Shown one piece after another: positions 63,241 to 64,000 of a DNA stretch of 64,000 bases; position 1 is the stretch's first letter, and every line of letters starts with the position of its first letter. Source of the stretch: Antedon mediterranea (taxonomy: Eukaryota > Animalia > Echinodermata); assembly GCF_964355755.1 (NCBI RefSeq), contig NC_092672.1, positions 17,063,237-17,127,236 of the forward strand. Direction: 5' to 3'. The position numbers and the translations under genes were made by a program. The notes under the pieces are model-generated. The model saw only the letters and a list, made by a program, of their open reading frames with translations, did not search any database and was not told the DNA's origin.

Positions 63241-64000
63241 CGTGAAATCATGTTCAGAAACGTCGAGCATTTCGGCGAGCATACGCCGTCCACAGCCTGA
63301 TCGAAAGTAGGGCAGAAGGGGCATCATCATTTCAATGTCCTCAAACGCTCTCTTTGTCCACGGTTTCAGCGGTACGCCGTATTCTTTCATCCAATCGTCG
63401 AGCAGTGAACTGACGATGAAATCTTGCCACGATGCCGAACAATCGCTGACAATCTGCTGTAACATTTTCGCTGGAAGCGCAGACGTTGTTCCGTGGCGTG
63501 CAACGTTGCCGGCGCCTCCCCCTGACACCGGTATTGATCCCAATAGAACGTTTCTGACGAGAACATCGAGAGAGGCGGATGCCTGTTCGAGTCCCGATTG
63601 AGTTTTTACATCCAATCTGGACGCCAACATACTTCTCTCGTCACCAACATCCTCGGTCGTCATAACCGGTAACAAGTGTCGTTCACGTCTTTTATCGAAA
63701 AGAAAACTCTTTCTCAACTTTTCCTTCTCCTTTCTGCATCTGACTAGATCGCCGATAAGTTTCTCTTTTTCGTCTACTGTGCTCGTTTTGTTAACGTCGT
63801 CCAGTAGAGAAGTTGCCATTGGAACGCCCATGGTTCTGGCTTTGATCAGATTCGCTACGGCTGCTCCGGTAACCAAGTCTTCTGTGTTGTTGTTGTTGTT
63901 GTTGTCATCTTCGCCATCATTCATGCCGTTAGATTTTGATTGAATTTTAGGACCGGTCACAATAATGTTCGTGGCCGAATTGCGCACGGCCGCCAAATGA
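63190..64000 (-). CDS. Hypothetical protein, 5' end probably outside the window
   Basis: The reading frame is open to the window edge. Confidence 0.65.
   Translation of the reverse strand, partial: HLAAVRNSATNIIVTGPKIQSKSNGMNDGEDDNNNNNNTEDLVTGAAVANLIKARTMGVPMATSLLDDVNKTSTVDEKEKLIGDLVRCRKEKEKLRKSFLFDKRRERHLLPVMTTEDVGDERSMLASRLDVKTQSGLEQASASLDVLVRNVLLGSIPVSGGGAGNVARHGTTSALPAKMLQQIVSDCSASWQDFIVSSLLDDWMKEYGVPLKPWTKRAFEDIEMMMPLLPYFRSGCGRRMLAEMLDVSEHDFTSTFQLTTTTTTTTSSS

Noticed and set aside
8519-63601. Numerous 60-170 aa ORFs antisense to or nested in long genes
   Set aside because: They are shadow ORFs with no motifs, often built from microsatellite translations.
1-64000. Baculovirus/nudivirus, poxvirus or transposon-fused (Teratorn-like) assignment
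   Set aside because: IAP and BTB-Kelch genes occur in those groups, but I saw no pif, lef, double-jelly-roll capsid or transposase genes. The assemblin and HK97-like capsid module points to Duplodnaviria. Integration status cannot be judged from this window.

Overview
This window looks like part of a large eukaryotic dsDNA virus genome of the HK97-capsid lineage (Duplodnaviria: Herpesvirales or Mirusviricota-like), either free or endogenous. It starts with about 4.6 kb of ~1-kb tandem repeats and an AT-rich zone of duplicated segments. From ~8.5 kb it is mostly densely packed, largely intronless ORFs with AATAAA signals. The virion module comprises a probable HK97-fold major capsid protein, two triplex-like proteins and an assemblin-type protease with a nested scaffold. 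Replication and nucleic-acid genes include a family B DNA polymerase with a degenerate exonuclease domain, an AEP primase with a C-terminal Zn finger, a FEN1/XPG/XRN-like nuclease, a PD-(D/E)XK nuclease, an HNH nuclease and an apparently inactive AlkB homologue. Host-interaction genes look animal-derived: a 3xBIR-RING IAP, a CARD-caspase, CEP55/TNIP2 EABR-like and NEMO/ABIN UBAN-like coiled coils, BTB-BACK-Kelch, a secreted multi-Ig protein, a RING-H2 protein and two paralogous kinases. The most notable candidates are an ESCRT-III (Snf7)-like protein and a TBP-like protein. With the capsid module, they suggest a mirusvirus-like virus with an animal host and possibly its own ESCRT-recruiting membrane-scission kit. 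I did not recognise a terminase, portal, helicase, RNA polymerase or integrase here. All family calls are by-eye motif recognition, not database searches.
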